Assembly (NCBI GenBank): GCA_951406725.2
Contig: OX597818.1
Span: forward strand, 3,534,001-3,598,000
Origin: Octopus vulgaris
Lineage: Eukaryota
DNA: 64,000 bases
Reading direction: 5' to 3'
Each line of letters begins with the position of its first letter. The stretch's first letter is position 1. The position numbers and the translations under genes were made by a program. The notes beneath the pieces were generated by a model, which was given only the letters and a program-made list of their open reading frames with translations, searched no databases and had not been told where the DNA came from. This document shows positions 1 to 12,200 of the stretch, piece by piece.

Positions 1-82
1 TATACAAAAAAAAAAAAAACACAAAAAAAAACAAAAAAAAAAAAACAAAAAAAACAGCCACTCCTCAATATAGCTATACTAG

Positions 83-113
<31 letters not shown>

Positions 114-135
114 ATATACCACAATATATATATAT

Positions 136-175
<40 letters not shown>

Positions 176-237
176 AACAGATAAAAATATATATATATAT
201 ATTAATATACATATATATATATATATATGTATAAAAA

Positions 238-296
<59 letters not shown>

Positions 297-921
297 TGAA
301 TATATATATAATATATTCTATATATATATATAAATATATATAACTATATATATATATAAATATATATATAATATATATATATAATATATACACACACAAA
401 CCCGTAAATATATTTATATATAACATATATTATTTATATATATATAATATATATATAAACCAAACATATCAAAAACACACAAACATATATATATATATAT
501 AATATAGAAACACACCATGCTGCAGTATATGCTGGTCCAGTCTTTTCAGAAGACACAAAAACAACAACAACAAGTGGAAACTACAACCCTATCCAACAGC
601 AACAACCACAAAAAAAAAAGGATATATAATATTATATATATATATATATAATATATATAAATTATATATATAATACAACATATATATATATATATATAGT
701 ATAATTACATATATAATATATTATGTATATGAATATATATATAAAAACAATACAAAATATATATATATTATATACCATATAAATTCATATATATATATAT
801 ATATCATATATACATATACTTATATATATATATAAATATATAAAACTTATATATATATATATAAATATATAAAATATATATATATTATACATAAATATAT
901 ATAAAACAATATATATATTAA
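1..921. repeat. Degenerate (TA)n / A-rich array containing interleaved fragments of the adjacent LINE
   Basis: TA repeats. 505-610 is a noisy copy of 2224-2330, and 55-83 resembles 1649-1678. Confidence 0.85.
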
Positions 922-1253
922 TATGATATGTGGATTAACTGTTGAACTGGACGGACGTCTATTTGTTTCTCTCCCGAGTCAGTAGCAAGCTACACAGCTT
1001 CAAAACTAACTGACCTTAAATATATATATATTTGTAACCACGTGTTTGCCTACAAACCCGTAAGTACGTTTTCATTTAACTACAAATTGTTATATACACC
1101 TGTTTTTCTTTTAATATCCTCAAACAACCAAATAATCAAAAACTCACACCCTTAAGAGAGAACATTTATATATATATACACTTCTTTAACTCCCAAGAAA
1201 GAATATATATATTTTCAAAAATCAAAAGGAAAACAAACAAAAGAAAAACAAAC

Positions 1254-2372
1254 ATGACTAACTTGCAGGCCTGCAACAGACGAAATTGGTCTGATAACGA
1301 AATTGATGTTTTAATAAACACATGGCTCTCTCTTTCCCAAACAGAAAATCTAAATGTCTTGTGTTTGAATGAGATTGCCGAAAAAACATCACAAGTGGTC
1401 AACACACGATCCGTCAAACAGATTCGTAGCAAGTTGAAACATATCGAAGTATCTTTCAAACTGATAAGAGGCCATTATGAAAAGCTTCTACATATTTTCA
1501 CAGTTCAAGAACAACAACAGCTAGAAAATCAGCAGCCACAACAACAACAACAACAGAATGAGCCACTCCTGGTTCCCAACACAATGGCTGACCCTGACAT
1601 CGGTCAGGCACAACAACAACAACAACAGCCACAGCAACAAGAACAACAACAGCCACTCCTCAACTCTAGCTTACTAGACGATTCACTAAATGCCAGTATC
1701 TTTTCACCGCTCTCACAGCAACCACCACAATTATCATCATCATCATCACCACCGCTGCCACCATCGTCTTCTATCACCAAAAATACCAACAGAAAACCAA
1801 ATAAGAAACCATTGCCCTCTTCCCCCACATCACCACCTCAATACTACTGCAGTAACAAAAACTTAAAGAAACATAGGAAGCAGAATGCGCCCCCCACGGC
1901 ACAAACAAGAAATCCCCAAATATGCCGCTATTCACTGCGCCAGAGACTCTGCACAAATAGTGACTGCATCTTCACGCATCTACCCGGCACTAGACGCACT
2001 ACTGGCCAAGGCCAAAGCACGCATCCCACAATAACATCAACACCACCAAATAGTAAATCGAAATTCAAAACACACACAACTCGGAGTCCCAAAATCTGCC
2101 GGTATTCCCAACGTGAGAGAACATGTCTACTGAGTGACTGTCCCTTCACTCATCTTCCAGGGACCCGACGCACAAACAGAAACGGGGCCTCAAGCCAACA
2201 CACAAACCTGAATAACAATAAAAATAGAAACACACCATGCTGCAGTAATGCTGGTCCAGTCTTTTCAGGAAGACACAAAAACAACAACAACAAAAGTGGA
2301 AACTACAACCCTATCCAACAGTGCAACCACACCCCAGCCAAAAACTGCTCCCTAAGCAGGAAAATTCTTTAG
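1254..2372 (+). CDS. LINE ORF1 protein: Myb/SANT-like N-terminus, polyQ/Pro-Ser linker, two CCCH zinc fingers
   Basis: ATG-started 372 aa ORF. RRNWSDNEIDVLINTW...RSVKQIRSKLK, then CRYSLRQRLCTNSDCIFTH (1923-1979) and CRYSQRERTCLLSDCPFTH (2097-2153), both C-x8-C-x4-C-x3-H. The C-terminus is probably frameshifted in this copy. Confidence 0.75.
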   Translation: MTNLQACNRRNWSDNEIDVLINTWLSLSQTENLNVLCLNEIAEKTSQVVNTRSVKQIRSKLKHIEVSFKLIRGHYEKLLHIFTVQEQQQLENQQPQQQQQQNEPLLVPNTMADPDIGQAQQQQQQPQQQEQQQPLLNSSLLDDSLNASIFSPLSQQPPQLSSSSSPPLPPSSSITKNTNRKPNKKPLPSSPTSPPQYYCSNKNLKKHRKQNAPPTAQTRNPQICRYSLRQRLCTNSDCIFTHLPGTRRTTGQGQSTHPTITSTPPNSKSKFKTHTTRSPKICRYSQRERTCLLSDCPFTHLPGTRRTNRNGASSQHTNLNNNKNRNTPCCSNAGPVFSGRHKNNNNKSGNYNPIQQCNHTPAKNCSLSRKIL

Positions 2373-5300
2373 CCATGTTGAACATGGCAAAAGAGATACA
2401 CAAAAACATTCTAGCCATCACTCAACACCATCCTATGCTATTACCCCAGTGCACCAATTCCCCACATTGCTGCCACTAACACACACAAAAAATCCAAGCC
2501 CCCTGCAACAGTCAAAACCAGCCACTACACTAACCTCCACATTCCTACTCAATGCACAAGGTGTCAGCCCTTCCATCAATGCACAAAAATGGAAGGTCCA
2601 ATTCATTGAAGACTGGGTTGGTAACCATTCACACCACATCCCTTTCTTCATTCTCACTGAGACCCACCTTGACAACTCCCACTTGGAAGCCGAAGTGAGA
2701 GTGAAGAATTTCACAACCATCCGCGCGGATCGTATCGGCAGGAGGAAGGGTGGAACTGCCATTTTCCTGCATGATTCATTTACGGCAGATGGAAATAGTA
2801 TATTCTCCAACGGCTACTGTGAATCAGTCACCGTGCACAACAAAGCCAATGATCTGACAGTAATTGGGCTCTATAGGCCGCCCCAAACACCCATACTGTG
2901 CTTTAAAGAATGCCTCAACAGCATTAAGTGCTTTATTCAACAGTGCCATTCTAGCAACATACTCATGATGGGAGACTTCAATCTACCCTGTGTTGACTGG
3001 ACTACAAACTGTTTGAAACCAAGCACTCCCGCCTCAACCGCTGACAAAGAAGCAGCAGAGTCACTTTTCGACTTTACGAATGAGTTTTTCTTGTCCCAAC
3101 TTGTCCTTGCACCAACAAGACATCAGAACATTTTGGACCTAGTGTTTAGTAACCACACTAACACTATACATAACGTTACAGTGGAAAAAACCCTTCTTTC
3201 AGACCATGACATGGTTCTCTGTAACATGAAATTCCACCAGCCGAAAGCTAATCCTAGTGACCTTCCTCCAGCCCACCCATTTGACAACATGGATCTCCAT
3301 AAAGCCAACTGGGATGCAATCAGGAACGAGCTATCAAATGTTGACTGGTCCTTTACACATACACAAATCTCCACCAACCATAAAACATCTTGGCAGATCT
3401 TTGTAGACACCGTCACAGACATATGTGCAAAACACTCCCCACCAAGACCTGTGAACAAAAAGTGCAGAATCCCCCAAAACAGAAAAACCATTATCAGAAA
3501 AATAAAAAGAACAAACAAAAAAATTAACAAACTAAAGTACTGCCAACAGCAACACACACATTCGACGGCTATCGCACTGCTTGAATCCAAAAAATATAAC
3601 CTCCAACAATGCATGAAGTCCCTCATCAATAACCAAAGATCAGCTGAGGAGAAGTGGGCCATTGAAAAAATCAAACTCAACCCCAAAGTGTTCTTTTCAT
3701 TTGCGAGGAAACGCAGGGTCACTGTATCTCCACTGTAGGCCTCTAATTGACGAAACTGGCACTCTCCAAGATAATGCCCAAATCCATGGCCGAGATACTG
3801 CAGAAACAATACTGCTCTGTTTCCAGCAATCCTGATATGGCCGATCTGGGCTGTATCAGTGATGTCAACCCCCAACACACTATATCGGACATAACGTTTA
3901 GTGCCCCTGATGTCTTAGCGGCGATAAACGAAATAAAACACAATAAATTCAGCAGTAGGCCCCGATAGGTTCCCTGCTTGTGTCCTGAAGGTGTGTCGAC
4001 AACCAACTTGCATCTCCCCTTGCTAATCTGTGGAGAAACTCACTGGATGCTGGCTATATTCCAAAAAACCTTCTGTCCCAGTCTGTTGTCCCAGTTTTCA
4101 AAAAGGGAAACAAGTCCCTTGCAGTGAATTACCGTCCGATCTCACTCACCTCTCATATCATCAAGGTATTTGAGAGGGTGGTGAGATCTCAAATAACCCA
4201 ATTTCTGGAAAGCAACAGACGGCTGATCTCCAACCAACATGGGTTCCGTAATGGAAGGGACTGCCTAACGCAGCTCCTGCATCACTTTGAGGACATTTTG
4301 AGAGCTTTGGGAGAGGGCTCCAACACCGATGTCATCTACCTTGATTTCAGTAAGGCCTTCGACAGGGTCGATCACAAGATCCTATTGAAAAAACTATCCA
4401 ACATTGGTGTCTCTGGAAAGTTACTGAAATGGATTAAGTGTTTCCTGACAGACAGATCTCAACATGTTGTAGTTGAAGGGTAAAATCAAGCCCAGCCAAA
4501 GTCAGTAGTGGCGTTCCGCAAGGCACTGTGCTGGGCCCACTTCTTTTCATCATTTACATTAATGACATTAATGACATCATCAAGCACAGCAACATAAAAA
4601 TCTTTGCAGATGACTCCAAGATACAGAAGGTCATAAATGAGGCGAGTGACCGGACATGCCTTCAGTCAGATCTACTGGCTGTTATCCAATGGGCAGAAAA
4701 AAACAATATGCTGCTGAACGAGGATAAATTTGAGCTAATCCACTTTGGAAAAGAGGATGCCCTGAAACTCCCATACTCCCTTCCTTCAGGTGAAACTCTC
4801 GCGGCGTCCAACAACATCAGAGACTTGGGAGTAATTGTGGACAACAACGTAAGCTGGGCCACTCATATAAACACCAAAGTTGACATGGCCCGCAGAATGT
4901 GTTCCTGGATTCTCAGAACTTTCCAGTCGAGAGATATCCACACCATTATCCTTCTCTTCTCCACTTTTGCCCGACCCCACCTTGAATACTGTTGTCCACT
5001 GTGGTCTCCCCACACAATACAAGGTATCAAAAAGTCGAAGCACCTCAAAGGGCAATCACAAAAAAGATAGATGGCATGACAGGCCTCGACTATTGGGGTC
5101 GACTAGAAAAGCTAAAACTCTATTCTCTCCAACGTCGTCGTGAGCGCTACATCATCTGCATGATGTGGAAAATATTCCATCAGCATTGCCCAAATGATGT
5201 TGGCATCACCTTTAAGGTACATCCAAGGCTTGGGCCCCGTGCCATCCGCCCAAAACAAAAATCGCACTCTCATCTCATAACAACAATACGGCACAATTAT

Positions 5301-5489
5301 TTCACCTCAATTGGCCCCGCTCTCTTTAACATTACACCAAAACACATTAAAACAGAAACTGACCCTATAGGGTTCAAGAAGTCTTTGGACAGATTCCTTC
5401 AAGAAATCCCGGATAAACCCACTACACCCGGATATGTCTCTGTAAACAATAACTCTCTACTTGAGTGGGCCATAGTGCCCAAATTCTGA
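2356..5489 (+). pseudogene. LINE ORF2, AP-endonuclease plus reverse transcriptase, broken by stops/frameshifts
   Basis: APE motifs LNAQG, LTETHL, LYRPP, MGDFNLP, ILDLVF, LSDH. RT motifs NYRPISLT, QHGFR, YLDFSKAFDRVDH, GVPQG, LGPLLF, FADD. C-terminal LYSLQRRRERY. Split across ORFs 2449, 3747, 4124, 4528 and 4992. Confidence 0.92.
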
Positions 5490-6180
5490 CTTGAAAGACT
5501 ACACCAGGTGGTGCTATTAAAGTTAGACATGGCCTGGGCCAATAATGGCCGAAACCTATCAAAGTATCAAAGTATCAAAGTATATATATATATATATTTA
5601 CAAAGTATATAACCCTCTATGGCTTCCTTGTGCTCGTAAAATTGTTACATTGTACTCTAATAGACACATGTGGCTTTGTTTACACTGTATTTCGTCTAGA
5701 ACGGTGTTTATCATTATTACTTGTTTTAAACACATCCGTTGGATTCTTATGTTAGAGTTTCACTGCGCATTGATATATATTTGTATTTTTTTAATTTTTT
5801 ATTTTTTGTCTCTCTCACCATTAGTATTGTTGATATTATTTTTCCTGTTCACAACGTGGTTTGAAAATTACCAGATTTCCTTTATTGTCCCATCTGTGTT
5901 TTCGTATTCTATTTTATCTTATTTTATTGCTATTCTACTTCATCTTATTAAACTGATGAGAATGACAATGCATAAATTAAATTTTAAACATTATTTTTAT
6001 TTTTATTCTTAATTTTATTTTTTTTTATTGTTTATTTTCAATTATATTTTTAGTAACTAAGATTTAATAATTTTTTCTTAAATTGTTTGCATTGAATCCA
6101 GTTTTATAATAATTTTTTTTATTTCTCGTTTTATCTTTCATACTTGTTTATGGTATATTCTTATACTTAAAACGAATCTC

Positions 6181-6245
<65 letters not shown>

Positions 6246-6414
6246 ATTATTAATATTTGGAAATCAATATCAGGAAACTCCTCAGAAATATATACATGTG
6301 TGAAAAATAATTGTTGCATAAAAATATATATAAATATGTTTCAAAATATATGTAAATATGTATAAGTATATAATGTATACGACAGTTTAAAAGTTTTGAA
6401 TTAAGTATTTAAAG

Positions 6415-6506
6415 CACCTTACGCTCGTTTCACAGAAGTGTTGTCCATATAATGAAATCCTATATTGATAAGCATTTATAGACAACTCTTCTGCTCTTCA
6501 GAGATA
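6415..6506 (-). ncRNA. Type I hammerhead ribozyme, intact core (Penelope-type)
   Basis: Minus strand: tatct CTGAAGA gcagaagagttgtctata...tatggacaacacttctgt GAAA cgagcg TA aggtg. Stem I ~5 bp, long paired stem II, short stem III, GUA cleavage triplet. Confidence 0.8.
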
Positions 6507-6773
6507 TAAAATTTGAATTTTGTATAACATATCGAATGGTAGTTTTTTGGGTTTTTTAAAAATTTCAAGTAATACTACAAAATGGTATGTGTTTGAAATA
6601 TAAATTAAAATTTAAAAATTACTACTTTTGATGAGTCTTTAAATCCATATATACTTCCTTGGTTATTCTTCTGCAATAATCCATAATGTTCATATGTAAA
6701 ATCCGTTATATGGTCTTGTATTCCGAATATAGTTCATATAGTTAGTTTAGAAATGTGAAATTTGTATACACAC

Positions 6774-6775
<2 letters not shown>

Positions 6776-6814
<39 letters not shown>

Positions 6815-6832
6815 TATATATATATAAGATAT

Positions 6833-6914
<82 letters not shown>
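6776..6914. repeat. (TA)n followed by (GATA)n microsatellite
   Basis: Directly visible. Confidence 0.95.
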
Positions 6915-7072
6915 GACGGTCTTCTGTCAATTTCTGTCTATCAAATTCACTGAAAAGGTTTTCGCTGTCCCGGAGTTGTATTAGAAGGCACTTGCACAGG
7001 TCTCCACGCAGTGAAACTGAACACGGAGCCGTCTGTTTGTGAATGAATTCCGACCACACAGCCACACCACAC
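6915..7072 (-). mobile_element. Degenerate tRNA-derived SINE 5' part
   Basis: Similar to 59110-59257 (gtttccgtctaccaaatccactcacaagg...cacttgcccaag...cacgcagtgggactgaacc). Confidence 0.7.
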
Positions 7073-7650
7073 CAATATGAGACTAAGAACAACTAATTTA
7101 CTTTGCAAGTTAATGAAACAAAGAAGAGTGATAATTATATCTAAAGTTTGAATAATATTGTTTCGCGATACAATTTAATAGAACACAGATATCCATCGAA
7201 ATCTATGTATAGTGGTTGTTATTGCGTCTGACACAATGAATTTACAATCTGTAAAATCTCAGCTAATTGTATTTTTGATTAAGAAATTAGTTTTATTAAG
7301 TTTACAGAACTATACTGATTATATTTGTGATTGTCTGAATCTCCAACACCGCACAATTTTGTCGTTGGATTTCGTTACGCATATTCTGGCGTATTTTATA
7401 TATGGTGAGTGTATGTGTAATAATTGTCAAAGGATCGAATATAATATACATATTCATACTTCAATTCGTTGTTGAATTTCATCGAAAACTCTGTAACTTA
7501 TTTTGATTTCCTTAAGAATCTCAATACAGTCATTTGGGGATAATGAAATCACAATTCTGTTCCCTATTTCTTGAGATCCGATCACAAGCGAAACCTTTTG
7601 AATATGTATTTATATACTGCACAAATATTTTCATTATCATTTTAGGATAA

Positions 7651-7903
7651 CAGCTTTTTAATATTCTCCCAAAAAGTCTGAGGAACTGGCACAAAGTAGA
7701 TGTAGGGGTTTTTAAATCAAAGCTGGACCTCTTCCTGTCGAGAGTCCCAGATGAACCTACCTCACGGCAAGAGGTGCAAATGAGGGTAGCTATATCAAAT
7801 TCCATGCTTCACCAAGTGCCACATATTATAGGAGGCTCTTAGTAATAACAGTGTAGCAAAAAGGCCGTGCATCAGCATGGCCGCAGCTCTGAACTGAAAC
7901 TAG
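7651..7903 (+). mobile_element. Old 3' fragment of family B-like LINE
   Basis: Matches 13888-14145 (QLFNILPK..KLDLFLS.VPDEPTSRQE) and ends in the cagcatggccgcagc..ctgaaac motif. Confidence 0.8.
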
Positions 7904-9118
7904 AGAAAAAAATAATAAATAACGGCAATAAACACATAATTTTAAAATTACATTATTAATAAACATAATATATCTTTTAAAATATATATTCTATTCGCTC
8001 ACATGATCTGCAAACACTATGTTATGCTAAGAGTAATATTCTGTCAACATTATACACGTATGTATTTGTTATTTCAAAGAAACGTATTATTGTTTTGAAG
8101 GCGGTGAACGGAGGAGAATTAAAGATGAGCTCAAAGAAGCATAAAGACTTTTGATAGTTTGAATTGTTCGATAAAGTTTCCCAATATATCTAAACGACAT
8201 AAGAAACGCTGTTAGAGGTCAATAGGTTTGATGATGATGTACTGGATGTAACATCTCTAGATTATCTAATGCATTTGTCATCAATAAAACGTCATACGTT
8301 AATACACTTTCCATCCCTACCAACTCACGCTACCTCATTTTGTTTGTGTCTATTTCTCCCACACTCATTATTTTCATATGTTAAGCTATGCAAGACAGTT
8401 AAGTGGAACTGTCTGGAGCACAATATCAAAATTGTCAGCTACACATTACCAAAATGAGGATACGTTCTCTTAAGAGAAATCAATTTAGTTTGTAAAAATG
8501 GTTCGTCAGCATTTGATCAACCTTTAAAGCACGATCTACTCAAAAGTCAATGGAAGTTTATAAATTATGCATAAGCACTTTATTTCCCATTTTTCTATGC
8601 CATCATTGCAAATAAAGAAATCATTTTATGTTAGTCTCATTTTTGAAATATGAACATTTCATAAAATAAAAATAATTGACCAACAACAATAACAGCGACA
8701 AAAATATTAATAATAAAATAGTAACAAAAGGAAGAGAAAAAAAAACTAGCAGAATAACAATTGCAATGTTTAGAAAATAGTGATTCCATCGAAAACATGG
8801 ATGTCAATAGACTGCCGGTTTTCAATAGAAGAATGTCCGATCTATTTAACTTGAAATCACTTAAATATTAAAATTAAACTCGTAGGTCAAACTATCTAAA
8901 GGAAGATATTGATATGAGATATTGACGCAACGTTGGCACCAGCATTTTATGGAAATGCAATGACGTTTAAGCTAACAAACAATGCAGTGCAAGAAAAGTT
9001 TCATTTTGCAGGATAGGAATTCTCGGATATCATAAACATTAAGATACATTCGAGTTATACGGATATATTTTTGTATGTATAGGTCCATGTGTGTGCGCGC
9101 GCATGGATATACAATAAA

Positions 9119-9165
<47 letters not shown>

Positions 9166-9215
9166 CTCACATACATATAAATATATATACATATACACAC
9201 GAGATCGTATGTTGG

Positions 9216-9247
<32 letters not shown>

Positions 9248-9320
9248 AATAAATACATATAGATAAATACGTATACACACAAATAAATACATATATATAT
9301 ATATATAAATACACACACAT

Positions 9321-9400
<80 letters not shown>

Positions 9401-10125
9401 CTGTGTGTGTACGTGAGAGAGAGATAGAGAGTGTATGTGTTTATATCCATGTAACAGGACGTGTAAATGCGAATATGAGTGGCGTATATATGTAAGCAAA
9501 GAAGCATTTATGCTGTAGTATTTGAATGCAGTTCTGTATTTCATTTTATGCAAACACATTTTTTTCCTCGTTTGATGCTATTTCTTACTGGCACTTTCTA
9601 ATTGGCATTTCACCGTTAATTAGCAACAGTTTATTTTAAGTCAGTGTACTTATGTTTAATGTTTCCTTTTCGTTTCCTCTTGACAGCAGAGTTACTCATA
9701 GAAACTTTCAAACTGATTTAATTCTACGCCGGTGGATAAAGAAACTTTTTTTAAAAATAATCATATTATTTCTAAATTCGTTTGCTAGCAGAAACGTATT
9801 TTTCCTACCAAAGTTATAGGCGTGATCTTATATAGATTACAGTTGTGATTATTTAGTTCAGCTTTATACTTAAGAGTATGTATACTTAAATATACGTACT
9901 CAATAGTAGTTTGCAATGGTTAAAGATTAATTCTTCTTTCTGTTATAAAGTTTATGTGTTTGTAGATGCATATATGTGTTTCTGCGTCAAATTTCATGGT
10001 GTTTCCTGTAGTAATTACCAAAGAATCACTTTGCAGGCTTATATTAAAGATAAATTAGATAGAGCAACGTTATTTTAGAAGAGACATGACGAAAAAATAA
10101 AACATCATCTAACATATTGCACATA

Positions 10126-11900
10126 TTGCACATCCGGGACCCTGCCACAGAAACCAACCACCGAAAGGAAATGGGATGGACCAGGCATCACCTGCCCCAA
10201 AACGGAGGTACGCAGATGTGGTGCGTACCACAAACCACCAACGTGTTGTTGAAAGGGCAGCTGCTGAGCAGGAATCTTTTTTGTGCATGGCACAAAAGAT
10301 TGTACAGCAGCTAACCTGGCTCCATCAGGCTCAGGCTCGCAGATGGAACTGCCCACAGTTCACAAGACCGCCACAGCAGATGGACCCAGGGTGGACAACG
10401 CCGGCAACAGCATACACCTCACCTCGATGCTCCTACTGAACATCAGAGGTTTACTAACACACAGTAACAGGACAAAAGTCCCGTTCTGAGAGACTTTGTC
10501 GCATGCAATCAAGCCTTATGCATAGCACTCACAGAAACGCATCTGAAACCGGACATAGCAGATGCGGAATTACATACCACAGTATGTTGTACTACGGACC
10601 GACAGGAAAGAAAGGAGTCATGGAGGAGTTGCTATGTACATCCGTGGGGACCTCACACCCCAGGTCCTTTTGTCATACTCAAACTCGGTGTGTGACACAC
10701 TAATTGTACACATAAGGCAACTTGATGTAGTTGTGTGCTACATATCGCCCTCCAGATGCCCCAAGTCATATGGGCAAGTTCGAGGACTGCCTTTTAAAAA
10801 TATGAAGAAGTTCTAACCACATTAGAACAACACATAAGTGTACTTCTTGGGGCCACTGATGTTCATAGTGGCCCTTTCAGACATGCCTTCAGTTGCTACG
10901 ATGACCACCCTTGCTAGCTATGCAGATGACACAAAGGTCTCCCACGCAATACAAAACCCTGAAAATATTGCGCATCTGCAACATGTAGCTGGACACAATA
11001 TACTGCTGAGGACAACAACATGCAGTTTAATGCAGGTAAGTTCCAGGCCCTGCGCTACTGGCACACAAAGGTAAATGACGTGAAGACTGGATACACTGGC
11101 CCAGGAAAAATTGCAATCCCTGAGTCAAAATCAGTGCGTGACCTGGGCATTGACGAGCAATGATGCATCTTTCCAAATGCATATTGCTAATCTGGTGATA
11201 AAATGCAGACGGCTAGCTGGATGGATTCTCCGAACTTTCAGAACAAGAGAGAAGGAGACACTGATGGTCCTATGGAAAACATTTGTCCTCAGCCGCTTGG
11301 ACTACTTCCCAACTTTGGTCACCACAATATAAAACAAACAGCAGAACTCGAAGCAACTCAAGAAACACAAAAAAATCGTCCAATGCAAAATGTCAGATCC
11401 TCAAACTGGGAAAACTGGCCTGAATGTAAACCTCTTCTCGCCTGGACGGATCGACATGATACTTCAGTACAATTCATGTCTGTAATCCTGGCAAGCCATA
11501 TGCATTACAAAGTGTCCCAGAGAGAAAGGCGCCGCTGTACACAAGAACAAAATCACCCCAGAGAGAGGAAAATTTTAATGAGACGGACCGTACAAAAATT
11601 TCAACATCCTCCCTAAATGCCTGAGAGACAAATTACATGGTAGTGAAAAGTGGGTTTCTTTAAAACTAAACTGGATCTCTTCTTGTTGGAAATTGAAAAT
11701 TGTCTGCAACTTTCCCATGAGAAGGATGCGGGCAGCAGACAAAGAACTCCCTGGGCTATAGACAACATATCAGAGGTGGATTCACTAACCCCAGAGCTTT
11801 CTACAGGTATGCCAAAGAAACGGCTACAGTGCTAAAACTGTAGGATTTAAGGGCCACTCCTTGAAAAGGATGGACCACATATATAAAAACCAATGAGGGT
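10126..11900 (+). mobile_element. Chimeric/garbled LINE: family B ORF1 end + APE start joined to family C RT C-terminus
   Basis: 10126-10843 matches 32110-32855 (rc). 10845-11400 matches 37130-37687 (rc). 11400-11900 alternates B and C sequence. Confidence 0.75.
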
Positions 11901-11915
11901 AAGTGAAATACTGAA

Positions 11916-11969
<54 letters not shown>

Positions 11970-12015
11970 TATATATATACCACTGCAGATATATATATAG
12001 ATACGATATATATAT

Positions 12016-12054
<39 letters not shown>

Positions 12055-12092
12055 TGATATATGATATATATATATATACTATATATCCCGGC

Positions 12093-12124
<32 letters not shown>

Positions 12125-12200
12125 GCAATACCACTGCAGTCCCTATATATATATATACCTATGCAGCTGGCAATATATATATATACATATATATATATAT

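Larger units (their letters stand above)
922..5580 (+). mobile_element. Near full-length non-LTR retrotransposon, family A (APE+RT, CR1-group-like)
   Basis: 5'UTR, ORF1, disrupted APE-RT ORF2, short 3'UTR and (TATCAAAG)3 tail running into (TA)n. (TA)n also lies at the 5' side. Clade assignment is from motif style only. Confidence 0.9.

Noticed and set aside
3123-3878. 251 aa antisense ORF and other antisense ORFs over LINE ORF2s
   Set aside because: They are shadow frames of coding sequence with no motifs.
5506-5556. LINE/SINE 3' stem-loop-GAAAC motif as a hammerhead or HDV-like ribozyme
   Set aside because: It lacks CUGANGA and the nested double pseudoknot; better explained as an RT recognition structure.
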